Assembly: GCA_039809605.1 (NCBI GenBank)
Contig: JBDHVF010000001.1
Location: forward strand, 1 to 56,372
From: Polyangiales bacterium
Lineage (GTDB): Bacteria > Myxococcota_A > Polyangia > Polyangiales > Ga0077539
Length of the DNA: 56,372 nucleotides
Reading direction: 5' to 3'
Of this stretch, positions 28,220 through 36,341 are shown piece after piece. A model generated the notes under the pieces. That model was not told the origin of the DNA. It did not search any database and saw only the letters and a program-made list of their open reading frames with translations. The first letter of the stretch is position 1, and every line of letters starts with the position of its first letter. The translations under genes and the position numbers were made by a program.

Positions 28220-29464
28220 ATGAACCACTCACGCAGCCTTCTCGCGCTGGCGACGTTCGCCCTCGCCGCGCATTGCGCCAGCACCGTGCAGCACGCGTCT
28301 ACCGACGCCGCGCCCAGCGGTGCGTCGGCGGACGTGACCTCGCTCGGCGATCACCCTGCCGACGTCGTGTTGGGCCGCGACGCTGGACCATCCGGCGACG
28401 TCTTGTCGGCCCGCATCACGGTGGAGCGCGGCACCGTCGCGGTCGGCGTTCGGCACGCGTGCGCCGTCGACCGTGGCGGCGCGGTGTGGTGCTGGGGGAG
28501 CAACACGTACGGACAGCTCGGCGACGGCACGACGGACGCCCGGCCGTCCCCCGTCCGGGTGGCCGACATCCGCAACGCGCGCACTCTCGCGGTCGGCGAG
28601 GTGTCGAGCTGCGCGGTGCTCTCGGACGGCACCGTGCGCTGCTGGGGGCTCGACCCAACGCGTTCGGTCGATCCCCGAGCGATCCCACGTGACGCCCTCG
28701 TGCTGAACCCGTGGACGATCGCCAATCTCGACTCCGTGCGGCACGTCTCCCTGGGCTCGGTGCCGAGCGGCAGTCTCTACTGTGCCGTTCGCGTCGACGG
28801 TGGCGTGTGGTGCTGGGGGAATGCGGATCTGGCACCCGGCTACATGTTCGGCCCGTCCGTCGCCGCCCCTACAGGCCCCTCGGCGCTGACCGACGTCGAG
28901 TCGATCACGATCTCGACTCCCTACCGCTGCGCCACCATGCGAAGCGGTTCAGTTACGTGCTGGGGGCAGAGGTTCTGGGACCCGACGTTCCCAACCTCGC
29001 CGACCGTGATCGAGGGCGCCGCGGATGCGCTCGAGGTCGTGATCGGCAGTCAGCACCTGTGCGTGCTCTCACGCGCAGGGACGGTCCGCTGTCTCGGTGA
29101 CAACCGGTACGGCGGCCTCGGCAACGGCCGTGCGCAGCCCCCTGACCTCCGCACGTTCGTCACCGCATCGGGGGCGACCGGCGTGGTGGCCCTCTCCGCG
29201 GGCTCGGGCAACTTCACAGTCGCTCTCCGCGGCGATGGCGCCGTGCTCCAGTGGGGCACCCTTGCAGGCATGACGCTCCGCACTCCGACATCCGTCGCGG
29301 GCCTCTCGAACATCGTCGACGTGTCGGCCGGTCTCACGTCAGCCTGCGCCCGGCGTGCTGACGGCGCGGTGTTCTGCTGGGGCAACAACACCGACGGCCA
29401 GCTCGGCGACGGTACCCTCCGCGGCCACGCGGATGCCCGGCGCGTCGTGGGCCTCGGCCCCTGA
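28220..29464 (+). CDS. RCC1-repeat (beta-propeller) lipoprotein, paralogue 2
   Basis: ATG 28220 follows GGAGGA. The signal is MNHSRSLLALATFALAAHC; 414 aa. It is collinear with paralogue 1 and shares the C-terminal DGQLGDGTLRGHADARxVVGLG. Confidence 0.85.
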   Translation: MNHSRSLLALATFALAAHCASTVQHASTDAAPSGASADVTSLGDHPADVVLGRDAGPSGDVLSARITVERGTVAVGVRHACAVDRGGAVWCWGSNTYGQLGDGTTDARPSPVRVADIRNARTLAVGEVSSCAVLSDGTVRCWGLDPTRSVDPRAIPRDALVLNPWTIANLDSVRHVSLGSVPSGSLYCAVRVDGGVWCWGNADLAPGYMFGPSVAAPTGPSALTDVESITISTPYRCATMRSGSVTCWGQRFWDPTFPTSPTVIEGAADALEVVIGSQHLCVLSRAGTVRCLGDNRYGGLGNGRAQPPDLRTFVTASGATGVVALSAGSGNFTVALRGDGAVLQWGTLAGMTLRTPTSVAGLSNIVDVSAGLTSACARRADGAVFCWGNNTDGQLGDGTLRGHADARRVVGLGP

Positions 29465-29539
29465 CCCATCCCCGCGGGCGCGGCGTCACGGCGTCTCGTC
29501 ACGCCCGGCGCCGCTCGCGCGGCGCGGTCTTCCCCACGC

Positions 29540-30480
29540 ACCGAGACGTCTCGATCGCGCTTCCGCCGAACGTCGACCGCGTCGCGATCGCTCCGGGCGC
29601 CGCGTCGCCCTTCGTTCAAGTTCTCCGGCGCGATGCCGTTGAGAGTGAGTGAGCCTTCGATACGTGCCGTGGGGTGGAAGGGTCGTCTCGCGCGTGAGAC
29701 GACGGCCGCTTCGCGCGGCGCCTCCCCCTACGCGCCCGCTCGCGGGCGAAAGGAGTTCCCCTGATGCGAAATCACGCTACGACGGCTGCAACCCAGGACC
29801 CGCCGCGCGCGGTGGCGCGGGGCGGGCACGCGCCCACCAACGACGTCGCGAACGGCGTGTCCGACGACCCCGAGGTTCGGCGCCAGATGCAGGCGCTGGC
29901 CCTCATCGCGGCGCTGCGCGCCGTGTGGCCGACGCTCGTGCAGCTCACCACCGACCAGCGCGAGCGGTCGACCGGGCGGCTCGTCGCCTCGTACGAGACC
30001 GGGCTCCGGGCGCTTTTCACGGCGGCCTCGGCGGCGGCGTTCGCCCCCACGTTCGCGCTGCTCAGGGTCGACGACGAGGCGGGCGCGGCGTCGCCCTTCG
30101 ACCCCGCCCGCGCCCTCGCGCACCTCGACCGCGCGCTGTCGATGCGCGAGGTCGCCGCGGAGCTCCGCGCGCTCGCCGACGTGATGGACGACGACGCGCT
30201 GCACCACGGCGCGCTCGCGGTCGACGCGGGCCGCGCCGCGCTCAAGATCGCGCGCCCGCTCGCCGAGCACAACCCCGAGTTCCGCGCGCTGGTCGGGCAC
30301 GCGCTCGACGCCTTCACCGCGATGACCGCGCCCGCGCGTCGCGCGAAGCCCGCCGCCACGCCGCCCGCCCCGAGCGGCCACGGTAACCCGCAGCCGTAGC
30401 CCCGCCGCCCGTGGCCGTCGCGCCGGACGCGCCCGGTGCGACGGCCGCTTCGCTCGCCCTCGTCAGACCCGTCGTCGCCC
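29540..30480. repeat. Right copy of the ~0.93-kb direct repeat
   Basis: See 24200-25133. The right copy runs directly into the stop-proximal end of the esterase gene. Confidence 0.9.
29764..30399 (+). CDS. Hypothetical Ala-rich helical protein (copy 2 of 2)
   Basis: 211-aa track ORF with the same SD and leader as copy 1. Confidence 0.7.
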   Translation: MRNHATTAATQDPPRAVARGGHAPTNDVANGVSDDPEVRRQMQALALIAALRAVWPTLVQLTTDQRERSTGRLVASYETGLRALFTAASAAAFAPTFALLRVDDEAGAASPFDPARALAHLDRALSMREVAAELRALADVMDDDALHHGALAVDAGRAALKIARPLAEHNPEFRALVGHALDAFTAMTAPARRAKPAATPPAPSGHGNPQP

Positions 30481-30484
30481 CGCG

Positions 30485-31456
30485 CTACATCGCCGCGCCG
30501 CGACGGTGCGTGAGCACGCGCCACGCGCGGTCGACGAAGTCTCCGTCGCAGAAGTGCCCGTCGCCCGGCCGGAGCTGCATCGTCACCGCGAAGCCCGCGT
30601 CGGTGAGCGCGCGCTCGAGCGCGCACGCGTACTGCACCGACACGTCGGGGTCGTCGGTGCCGTGCGAGATCACCACGGGGAAGCGCGGCCCCGAGAGGGG
30701 GACCTCCATCGGCAGCGCGGGCCCGCGGCAGTCGCACCAGCCGGGCATCGCGGGGTAGCGCGCGCAGTCGGCCACGCGGCCCGCGCGGAAGTGACACGCG
30801 CCCGTGGTCGCGCAGCGCACGAGGCCGCCGGAGTTGAACGCCGCGCCCGCGACGCGGTCGCCGAGGGTCATCGCGACCTCGAGCGCGAAGAACGCGCCGT
30901 TCGAGTGGCCCATCACGTACACGCGCGCGGGGTCGACGTGGTAGTCGCGCTCCGCGGCGGCGATGAGGGCGCGCACGAGCAGGAGGTCGCGGTTGCGGCT
31001 CGGGTCGCGGTCGGGGTGCGTCTCCCACCAGCGCTCGCCCGACTGCTCGGGGTGGTCCCAGTCGGAGGAGGGCATCACGCGCGCGTCGGGCGCGGCCACG
31101 ACCACGCCCTCGGCGTTGGCGATGGCGAGCGCGCCGCACTCGTCGATGATGCCCGCGCCGTCGCCCCGCGTGCCGTGGAAGATCACCAGCAGCGCGGGCC
31201 TAGAGGGCCTCGCGTCGGGGAGCACCAGCGCGACCTCGCGCTCCTCGCCCGCGACCGTGAGCGTCGCGCGCTGCCGCCCGGCGCCCCGAGGGAGCGCGCC
31301 CCCGAAGCGCACCGGGTCCCTCGCGCGCACCGCGACGGCGGCGCTGCGCGGGCGCGACGGCGCGGGGGTCGACGTGCACGCGATCGCCGCCGCGAGCGGC
31401 AGGAGCCAGCGGATCACCGAGGTCGTTCGGGTGCGAACCATCGCGTGCGCGCTCAT
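30485..31456 (-). CDS. Alpha/beta-hydrolase esterase (PHB-depolymerase/LpqC-like family), lipoprotein signal
   Basis: ATG 31456 overlaps the upstream stop (ATGA); 323 aa. The nucleophile elbow is VMGHSNGAFF. The signal is RWLLPLAAAIAC. Confidence 0.75.
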   Translation of the reverse strand: MSAHAMVRTRTTSVIRWLLPLAAAIACTSTPAPSRPRSAAVAVRARDPVRFGGALPRGAGRQRATLTVAGEEREVALVLPDARPSRPALLVIFHGTRGDGAGIIDECGALAIANAEGVVVAAPDARVMPSSDWDHPEQSGERWWETHPDRDPSRNRDLLLVRALIAAAERDYHVDPARVYVMGHSNGAFFALEVAMTLGDRVAGAAFNSGGLVRCATTGACHFRAGRVADCARYPAMPGWCDCRGPALPMEVPLSGPRFPVVISHGTDDPDVSVQYACALERALTDAGFAVTMQLRPGDGHFCDGDFVDRAWRVLTHRRGAAM

Positions 31457-32121
31457 CGGGGGGCGGTGAGCAGGCGCTCGGCCCAGCGTCCTTCGGCGTC
31501 GCGGGCGATGTGCACCACCGAGGCGTTGGGGGGGTTGGGTTCGGTCTCGAACCACTCGGCCGGGAGGTTCATCCACGCCATGCGGAACGCCCGCTGCGTG
31601 ACGCCGTGGAGGAACACCACGTGGATCGCGTAGCGGGAGCGGTGCAGCTTGCCGAGGAAGAGCGTCACGCGCTGCACCACGTCGGCGCGGCTCTCTCCGT
31701 GCGGGTAGCGGAAGTAGAAGCGCCCCAGGGTGTCGGTCGCGCGCCGGAGCCGCGCGTGGCGCTCGGGGTCGCGCGCGGCGATCTCCTCGTCGGTGAGGCA
31801 GTCCCAGTCGCCGAACTCCTGCTCGCGCAGGAGGAACGCCTCGCGGCACCGCACGAGCGGCGCGGCCTCGCCGAAGGCGCGCGCGAGCACGAGGGACTGC
31901 GTCTGCCGGGTGCGCAGGTAGGGCGAGTACCACGAGCACACGAGCGTGGGGTCGAGGCCCAGCGTCGCGAGCGCGTCGCCCGCGGCGAGGGCCGCCGGGT
32001 CGTCGTCGGGGCGGGCGAGGGCGATCGCGTGGTCGGGCGTGGTGAGGTAGACCGACGGGTCGTCGTTGGCGAGCGATCGCGCGTGGCGGATGAGCACCAC
32101 GGTCTGGACGGTCTGGAGCAT
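31453..32121 (-). CDS. Histidine phosphatase (phosphoglycerate-mutase-like) family protein
   Basis: Start set at ATG 32121 (MLQTVQTVVLIRHARSLAN, RH(G/A) motif); 222 aa. A second His region reads VVFLHGVTQRAF. Confidence 0.75.
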   Translation of the reverse strand: MLQTVQTVVLIRHARSLANDDPSVYLTTPDHAIALARPDDDPAALAAGDALATLGLDPTLVCSWYSPYLRTRQTQSLVLARAFGEAAPLVRCREAFLLREQEFGDWDCLTDEEIAARDPERHARLRRATDTLGRFYFRYPHGESRADVVQRVTLFLGKLHRSRYAIHVVFLHGVTQRAFRMAWMNLPAEWFETEPNPPNASVVHIARDAEGRWAERLLTAPR

Positions 32122-32218
32122 CGCGGAGGGAGCGGAGCCTACCGCAACGCGAGGGAGGCGGGCCGCGCGCTTCGAAGGGCGCGACGCAGGGGCGTTGGTG
32201 TAGAGTGCGACGAGCGTG

Positions 32219-32599
32219 ATGGACCCCAAGACCCCCCTGGGCGCGCAGGCGACGCTCGAGCTCGAGACGTTACGCGGGCTCTTCGGTGATGACGACGACG
32301 CGATCCGCGAGATCCTCGAGACCTACGTCGACGACCTGACGAAGAACGCCGAGGCGCTCGGCGAGGCGCTGGCCGCGCGCGACCGGCGCCGCGCGGGGCG
32401 CGTCGCCCACAGCATGAAGGGCGCGTCGGCGAACGTCGGGGCGGGGGGCTTCGCGCGTGCGTGCGAGGCCCTCGAGCGCCGCAGCGCCGACGCGCCGTGG
32501 GAGGAGCTCGACGCGCTCACGGCCGCTCTCTCGCTCGACGCTCGCCGGCTCGCGGCGCATGTGCGGGGCGTGGTCGATCGCCTCGCGCGGCGGGGGTAG
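32219..32599 (+). CDS. Stand-alone Hpt (histidine phosphotransfer) domain protein
   Basis: 126 aa from ATG 32219 (the track starts at GTG 32216). The phosphoacceptor context is AHSMKGASANVGA. Confidence 0.85.
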   Translation: MDPKTPLGAQATLELETLRGLFGDDDDAIREILETYVDDLTKNAEALGEALAARDRRRAGRVAHSMKGASANVGAGGFARACEALERRSADAPWEELDALTAALSLDARRLAAHVRGVVDRLARRG

Positions 32600-32799
32600 C
32601 GACTGCTACTTCCCTGTTGGCAAGCGCTGCGACGGGCGGTATCAATCACCGCGCCGCGGGGCATCGCCGTTCGGGCGCCTCCGCGGGCAATGACCTCTGG
32701 CGCTTGCGGTGCGCTATGGGGTCGTGCGGGTGTGACCAACCAGAGGCCGAGGGGTCCGACGGACGCCCTCCCCGAAAAAACGACCGAGGAGAAGCATCG

Positions 32800-33450
32800 A
32801 TGATGATCAGGCACGTGTCCCTCACCCTCGCGACCTGGGCTGCGCTCCCGCTCTGCGCGCTCGCAGTCGGCTGCGGCCCCACGACCGTTCAGACGCCGCC
32901 CGTGACCGTCAGCACCGCGCAGCCCCCGCCGCAGCCCGTGGCGCAGCCGCAGCCCCAGATGGTCGGCGCGCAGCCCACGGTGGTCACGGCCGCGTGGGTG
33001 CCCGGCGGCGTGTACGACGAGATCGCGAACCACATGGCCCTGCGCGCCCGCCAGTTCGCCGCGGGCTTCGGCGTCGCGTCGGACCTCATCCGCGCCAACA
33101 TCCGCCAGGGCATGGAGGGCGTGATGGTGCCCGGCACCGTGCAGGCCGGCTTCTGCTACCGCATCATCGCCGTGGGCGGCTCGGGCGTGCGCGACCTCGA
33201 CCTCTTCCTCTACGACCCGACGGGCCGCCAGGTCGACGCCGACCGCGCCCCCGACAACTACCCCGTCATCGGCCTGAACCGCCCGCTGTGCATCCCGCCC
33301 GGCGTGCCCGCCCAGTCGGCGCAGCTCCGCATCCGCTCGTTCACGGGCAGCGGGGCCATCGGCGTGCAGATGTTCGCGCAGCCCTTCAACGGCACCATGC
33401 CCATGGCGCAGCCCATGGTCGTGGGGCAGCCCGGCGTCGTCTACCGCTGA
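32800..33450 (+). CDS. Hypothetical lipoprotein
   Basis: GAGGAG precedes ATG 32800. The signal is MMIRHVSLTLATWAALPLCALAVGC, followed by a Pro/Gln-rich linker; 216 aa. Confidence 0.7.
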   Translation: MMIRHVSLTLATWAALPLCALAVGCGPTTVQTPPVTVSTAQPPPQPVAQPQPQMVGAQPTVVTAAWVPGGVYDEIANHMALRARQFAAGFGVASDLIRANIRQGMEGVMVPGTVQAGFCYRIIAVGGSGVRDLDLFLYDPTGRQVDADRAPDNYPVIGLNRPLCIPPGVPAQSAQLRIRSFTGSGAIGVQMFAQPFNGTMPMAQPMVVGQPGVVYR

Positions 33451-33542
33451 TCGCCTCGGCCTCTCCTCTCCTCGTTCCCGATCGCCCTCACCGCGCCCGC
33501 GCGGCCGTCGTGCCCGCGGCCTCGGTGATATCCTCCGCCGCG

Positions 33543-34724
33543 ATGGTGCTCCCCGGTCTGGTCGACCCCGAACGCTCGCGCCGCTCGGTCGGTCTGGTGC
33601 TGTACGTGCTCGGGATCCTCCTCGGCGCGTCGCTCTTCATGGCGGTGTTCCTGGTGCCGCCGCTCTTCACCAGCGACCCCCTCGCGCGCTACGCGGCCAT
33701 GGCCTCGGCCGCGGCGCTCGCGTTCCCCGCGGTGGTCGTCTACATGACCGTGCCGCGGCTGCTCGACCGCTACGACCCCGAGCCCGCGTGGGCGCTCACC
33801 ATGGTGTTCTTCTGGGGCGCGCTCGCGGCCTGCGGCGTGTCGGGGGTGATCAACACCGTGGCCGCCGCGGCGCTCGGCGAGGGCGTCTCCGCGGTGGTCT
33901 CGGCCCCGCTCGTCGAGGAGTTCATGAAGGGCCTCGCCATCGCGGGGATGTTCTACTTCTGGCGCCGCGAGTTCGACGGCGTCGTCGACGGGATCATCTA
34001 CGCCACCTTCGTGGCCCTGGGCTTCGCCGCGGTCGAGAACGTCGTCTACTACGCCCGCGCCGCGCGGCAGAGCGACGACGCGCTCACGGGCATCTTCATC
34101 CTCCGCGGCCTCGTCACGCCGTGGGCGCACCCGCTCTTCACCTCGATGACGGGCATCGGCTTCGGCGTCTCGCGCGAGAGCACGCGCCCGGCCCTGCGCT
34201 GGGGCGCGCCGCTCCTCGGCTACGCGGGGGCGGTCTTCCTGCACTTCGTGTGGAACGGCTCGTCGGTCTTCTCCGCCGCCATCAACGTGCCCCTGGTGCT
34301 GATCCTCCTGCCCCTGTGGTTCCTCGCGGTGGTGGCCTTCCTCGTGATGGTGGTGGTGCTCGTGCAGCGCCGCGGGCGCATCATCCGCCAGTACCTCGAA
34401 GACGAGGTCGTGCTCGGCACCCTCACCCGCGAGGAGTTCGAACTCGTGGGCTCGGCCTTCGGGATCTTTCGCGCGGGCTCCGGGCCCCACGGCGCCGTGC
34501 GCCAGCAGCTCGTGCGGGCCGCCGCGCGCCTCGCGCTCTCGAAGTGGCACGCGGGCCGCGCGCTCAAGGGCTCGCTTCGCACGGTGAGCTTCGGCTTCAT
34601 CGGGCCCCTGCGCGACCAGATCCGCACGCTGCGCGCGCAGATCCCCGGCGCCCCGCAGCCGAGGCCCGGCATCCCCGGCATGCCCATGTACGGGCCGCAG
34701 CCCCCGCAGCGGCCGCGCTGGTAG
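33543..34724 (+). CDS. PrsW family intramembrane metalloprotease
   Basis: 393 aa from ATG 33543. Multiple TM segments carry PLVEEFMKGL, GFAAVENVVY and HPLFTSMTGIG, the EExxK / FxxxEN / H motifs of PrsW. Confidence 0.82.
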   Translation: MVLPGLVDPERSRRSVGLVLYVLGILLGASLFMAVFLVPPLFTSDPLARYAAMASAAALAFPAVVVYMTVPRLLDRYDPEPAWALTMVFFWGALAACGVSGVINTVAAAALGEGVSAVVSAPLVEEFMKGLAIAGMFYFWRREFDGVVDGIIYATFVALGFAAVENVVYYARAARQSDDALTGIFILRGLVTPWAHPLFTSMTGIGFGVSRESTRPALRWGAPLLGYAGAVFLHFVWNGSSVFSAAINVPLVLILLPLWFLAVVAFLVMVVVLVQRRGRIIRQYLEDEVVLGTLTREEFELVGSAFGIFRAGSGPHGAVRQQLVRAAARLALSKWHAGRALKGSLRTVSFGFIGPLRDQIRTLRAQIPGAPQPRPGIPGMPMYGPQPPQRPRW

Positions 34725-34726
34725 CG

Positions 34727-35908
34727 ATGGGTGACACGATGCGCACGAAGCACCTCCGCCGGGCCGCCGCCATGTCGTTGATCGCCGGGTTCTCATGGGC
34801 CATGAGCGCGTGCCCCGCGCCCCCGCCCGAGGGCGACGACCTCTTTCGCGTCGCGGTCAACGGCGTGCCGGGGGGCTCGCTGCTCGCCGCGTGGGGCTCT
34901 CCCGCGACGGGCGCGTCGGTCTTTCTCGCGGGAGGCTTCGTGGGCGTCGACCCCGCGCGGCTCGCGGGCTCGGGCATGTCCGCGGGGCGCCTGGTCGAGT
35001 ACACGCCGGGCCGCTTCACCACGCGCTGCCGCGCCGACGCGACCCTGTGGTGGGTGCACGGCGTGGCGCGCGCGGGCGCGTCGCCCGAGGTGTGGGCCGC
35101 GGGCGAGGGCGGCACCGTGCTGCGCTACCGCGACGGCCGCTGCGAGGCGCTCCCGCTCGGAATCACCTTCGCAGAAGGCCCGCCGACGCTGTGGGGCGTG
35201 TGGGCCGAGGCGCCCGACGACGTGTGGCTCGTGGGCGGCTCGGCGCAGCCCACGGGGCCGAAGGGCGTGCTCATCCACTACGACGGCCGCGCGTTCGAGC
35301 GCGTCGACGCGGTGCCCGAGTTCGCGCGCGGCGAGAACCTCTACAAGATCGCCCGCGACGGCGACCGCTACGTGATCGTCGGGTCGGGGGGCGTGGTGCT
35401 CCAGGGCACCGGGCGGAGCTTCACGGGCGTCGAGGCGTCGCTCACGACGAGCGACAACCGGCTCTTCACCGCGTCGTGCGCGTCGAGCGTGTGCGTGGCC
35501 GTGGGGGGCGTGGCGACGGGCCTCGTGCTCGCGAGCACGTCGGGGCCCGCGGGCCTGCGCGTGGAGCCGGGCCTCGGCGGAGGCCCCGGCCTCAACGGCG
35601 TGTGGGTGCGCGACCCGGCGAACATCTTCGTGGTGGGCACGGGCGGCTTCACGATGCACATGCAGGTCGGCGGCTTCGCGGGGTACCGCTCGTACACGGC
35701 CCCCGCGCGCACGCAGGCCACGCTGCACGGCGTGGGCGGCAACGCGGCGGTCACCGTGGCCGTGGGCGGCGAGCTCGACGACCGCTCGACCTCGCAGCGC
35801 GGCGTCGTGCTGGTGCGCGGCGACGACGCCGAGCGCTTCACCTTCGACGGGCGCGCCTACGACGCCGCGGGCACGCTGCGTCGCTCGCTCGGAGGCTCGG
35901 GGCAGTAG
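34727..35908 (+). CDS. Hypothetical lipoprotein, beta-propeller-like repeats
   Basis: ATG 34727 lies 3 nt after the prsW-like stop. The lipobox is GFSWAMSAC. Repeated W(V/L)VG..G..L motifs occur (VWAAGEGGTVLRY, VWLVGGS, IFVVGTGGFTMH); 393 aa. Confidence 0.7.
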   Translation: MGDTMRTKHLRRAAAMSLIAGFSWAMSACPAPPPEGDDLFRVAVNGVPGGSLLAAWGSPATGASVFLAGGFVGVDPARLAGSGMSAGRLVEYTPGRFTTRCRADATLWWVHGVARAGASPEVWAAGEGGTVLRYRDGRCEALPLGITFAEGPPTLWGVWAEAPDDVWLVGGSAQPTGPKGVLIHYDGRAFERVDAVPEFARGENLYKIARDGDRYVIVGSGGVVLQGTGRSFTGVEASLTTSDNRLFTASCASSVCVAVGGVATGLVLASTSGPAGLRVEPGLGGGPGLNGVWVRDPANIFVVGTGGFTMHMQVGGFAGYRSYTAPARTQATLHGVGGNAAVTVAVGGELDDRSTSQRGVVLVRGDDAERFTFDGRAYDAAGTLRRSLGGSGQ

Positions 35909-35925
35909 CGATGTCGGCTCTCGTC

Positions 35926-36339
35926 GCCCTCCCCCCGTCCCCCTCCCACGCGGAGCGTGGGAGGGGGTGCCCGCGAGGAGCCTGCATACCCTCACCCCCA
36001 ACCCCTCTCCCGCGAGGGCGCGGGAGAGGGGGGCGCTGCCGCGCGCGGGGTGACGACGGGCGTGATCGAACAGCGGGCGAGCGCGAACGGCGAGGAGCGG
36101 GCGAGCGCGAACGGCGAGGAGCGGGCGAGCGCGAACGGCGAGGAGCGGGCGACATGCGCTTGCGCGATGTGCCGTTGCGATCACCCGACGCGCGCGATCG
36201 AGGCTGCGCCGTGCGGTCGATCTCGCGGCAGCGCCCCCCTCTCCCGCGCCCTCGCGGGAGAGGGGTTGGGGGTGAGGGTATGCAGTCGTCGAAGGCACCC
36301 TCTCCCACGCTCCGCGTGGGAGGGGGGCGGGGGGAGGGC
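35926..36339. repeat. Composite palindromic element, copy 2
   Basis: The arms are 35926-36043 and 36224-36339. The inner ~70 nt are identical in reverse complement. The outer part has 2 substitutions plus a divergent 8-10-nt linker. The arms are homologous to the copy 1 arms. Confidence 0.88.
36072..36152. repeat. 24-bp tandem array (~3.4 units) inside element copy 2
   Basis: The unit AGCGGGCGAGCGCGAACGGCGAGG occurs at 36072, 36096 and 36120, with a partial unit at 36144. Confidence 0.9.
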
Positions 36340-36341
36340 CC

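Noticed and set aside
24200-30480. Interpreting the ~0.93-kb repeats as IS or transposon ends
   Set aside because: The repeats are direct, not inverted. They encode an intact non-transposase gene plus its leader, and no transposase or integrase lies between them. Homologous recombination or duplication explains them better.
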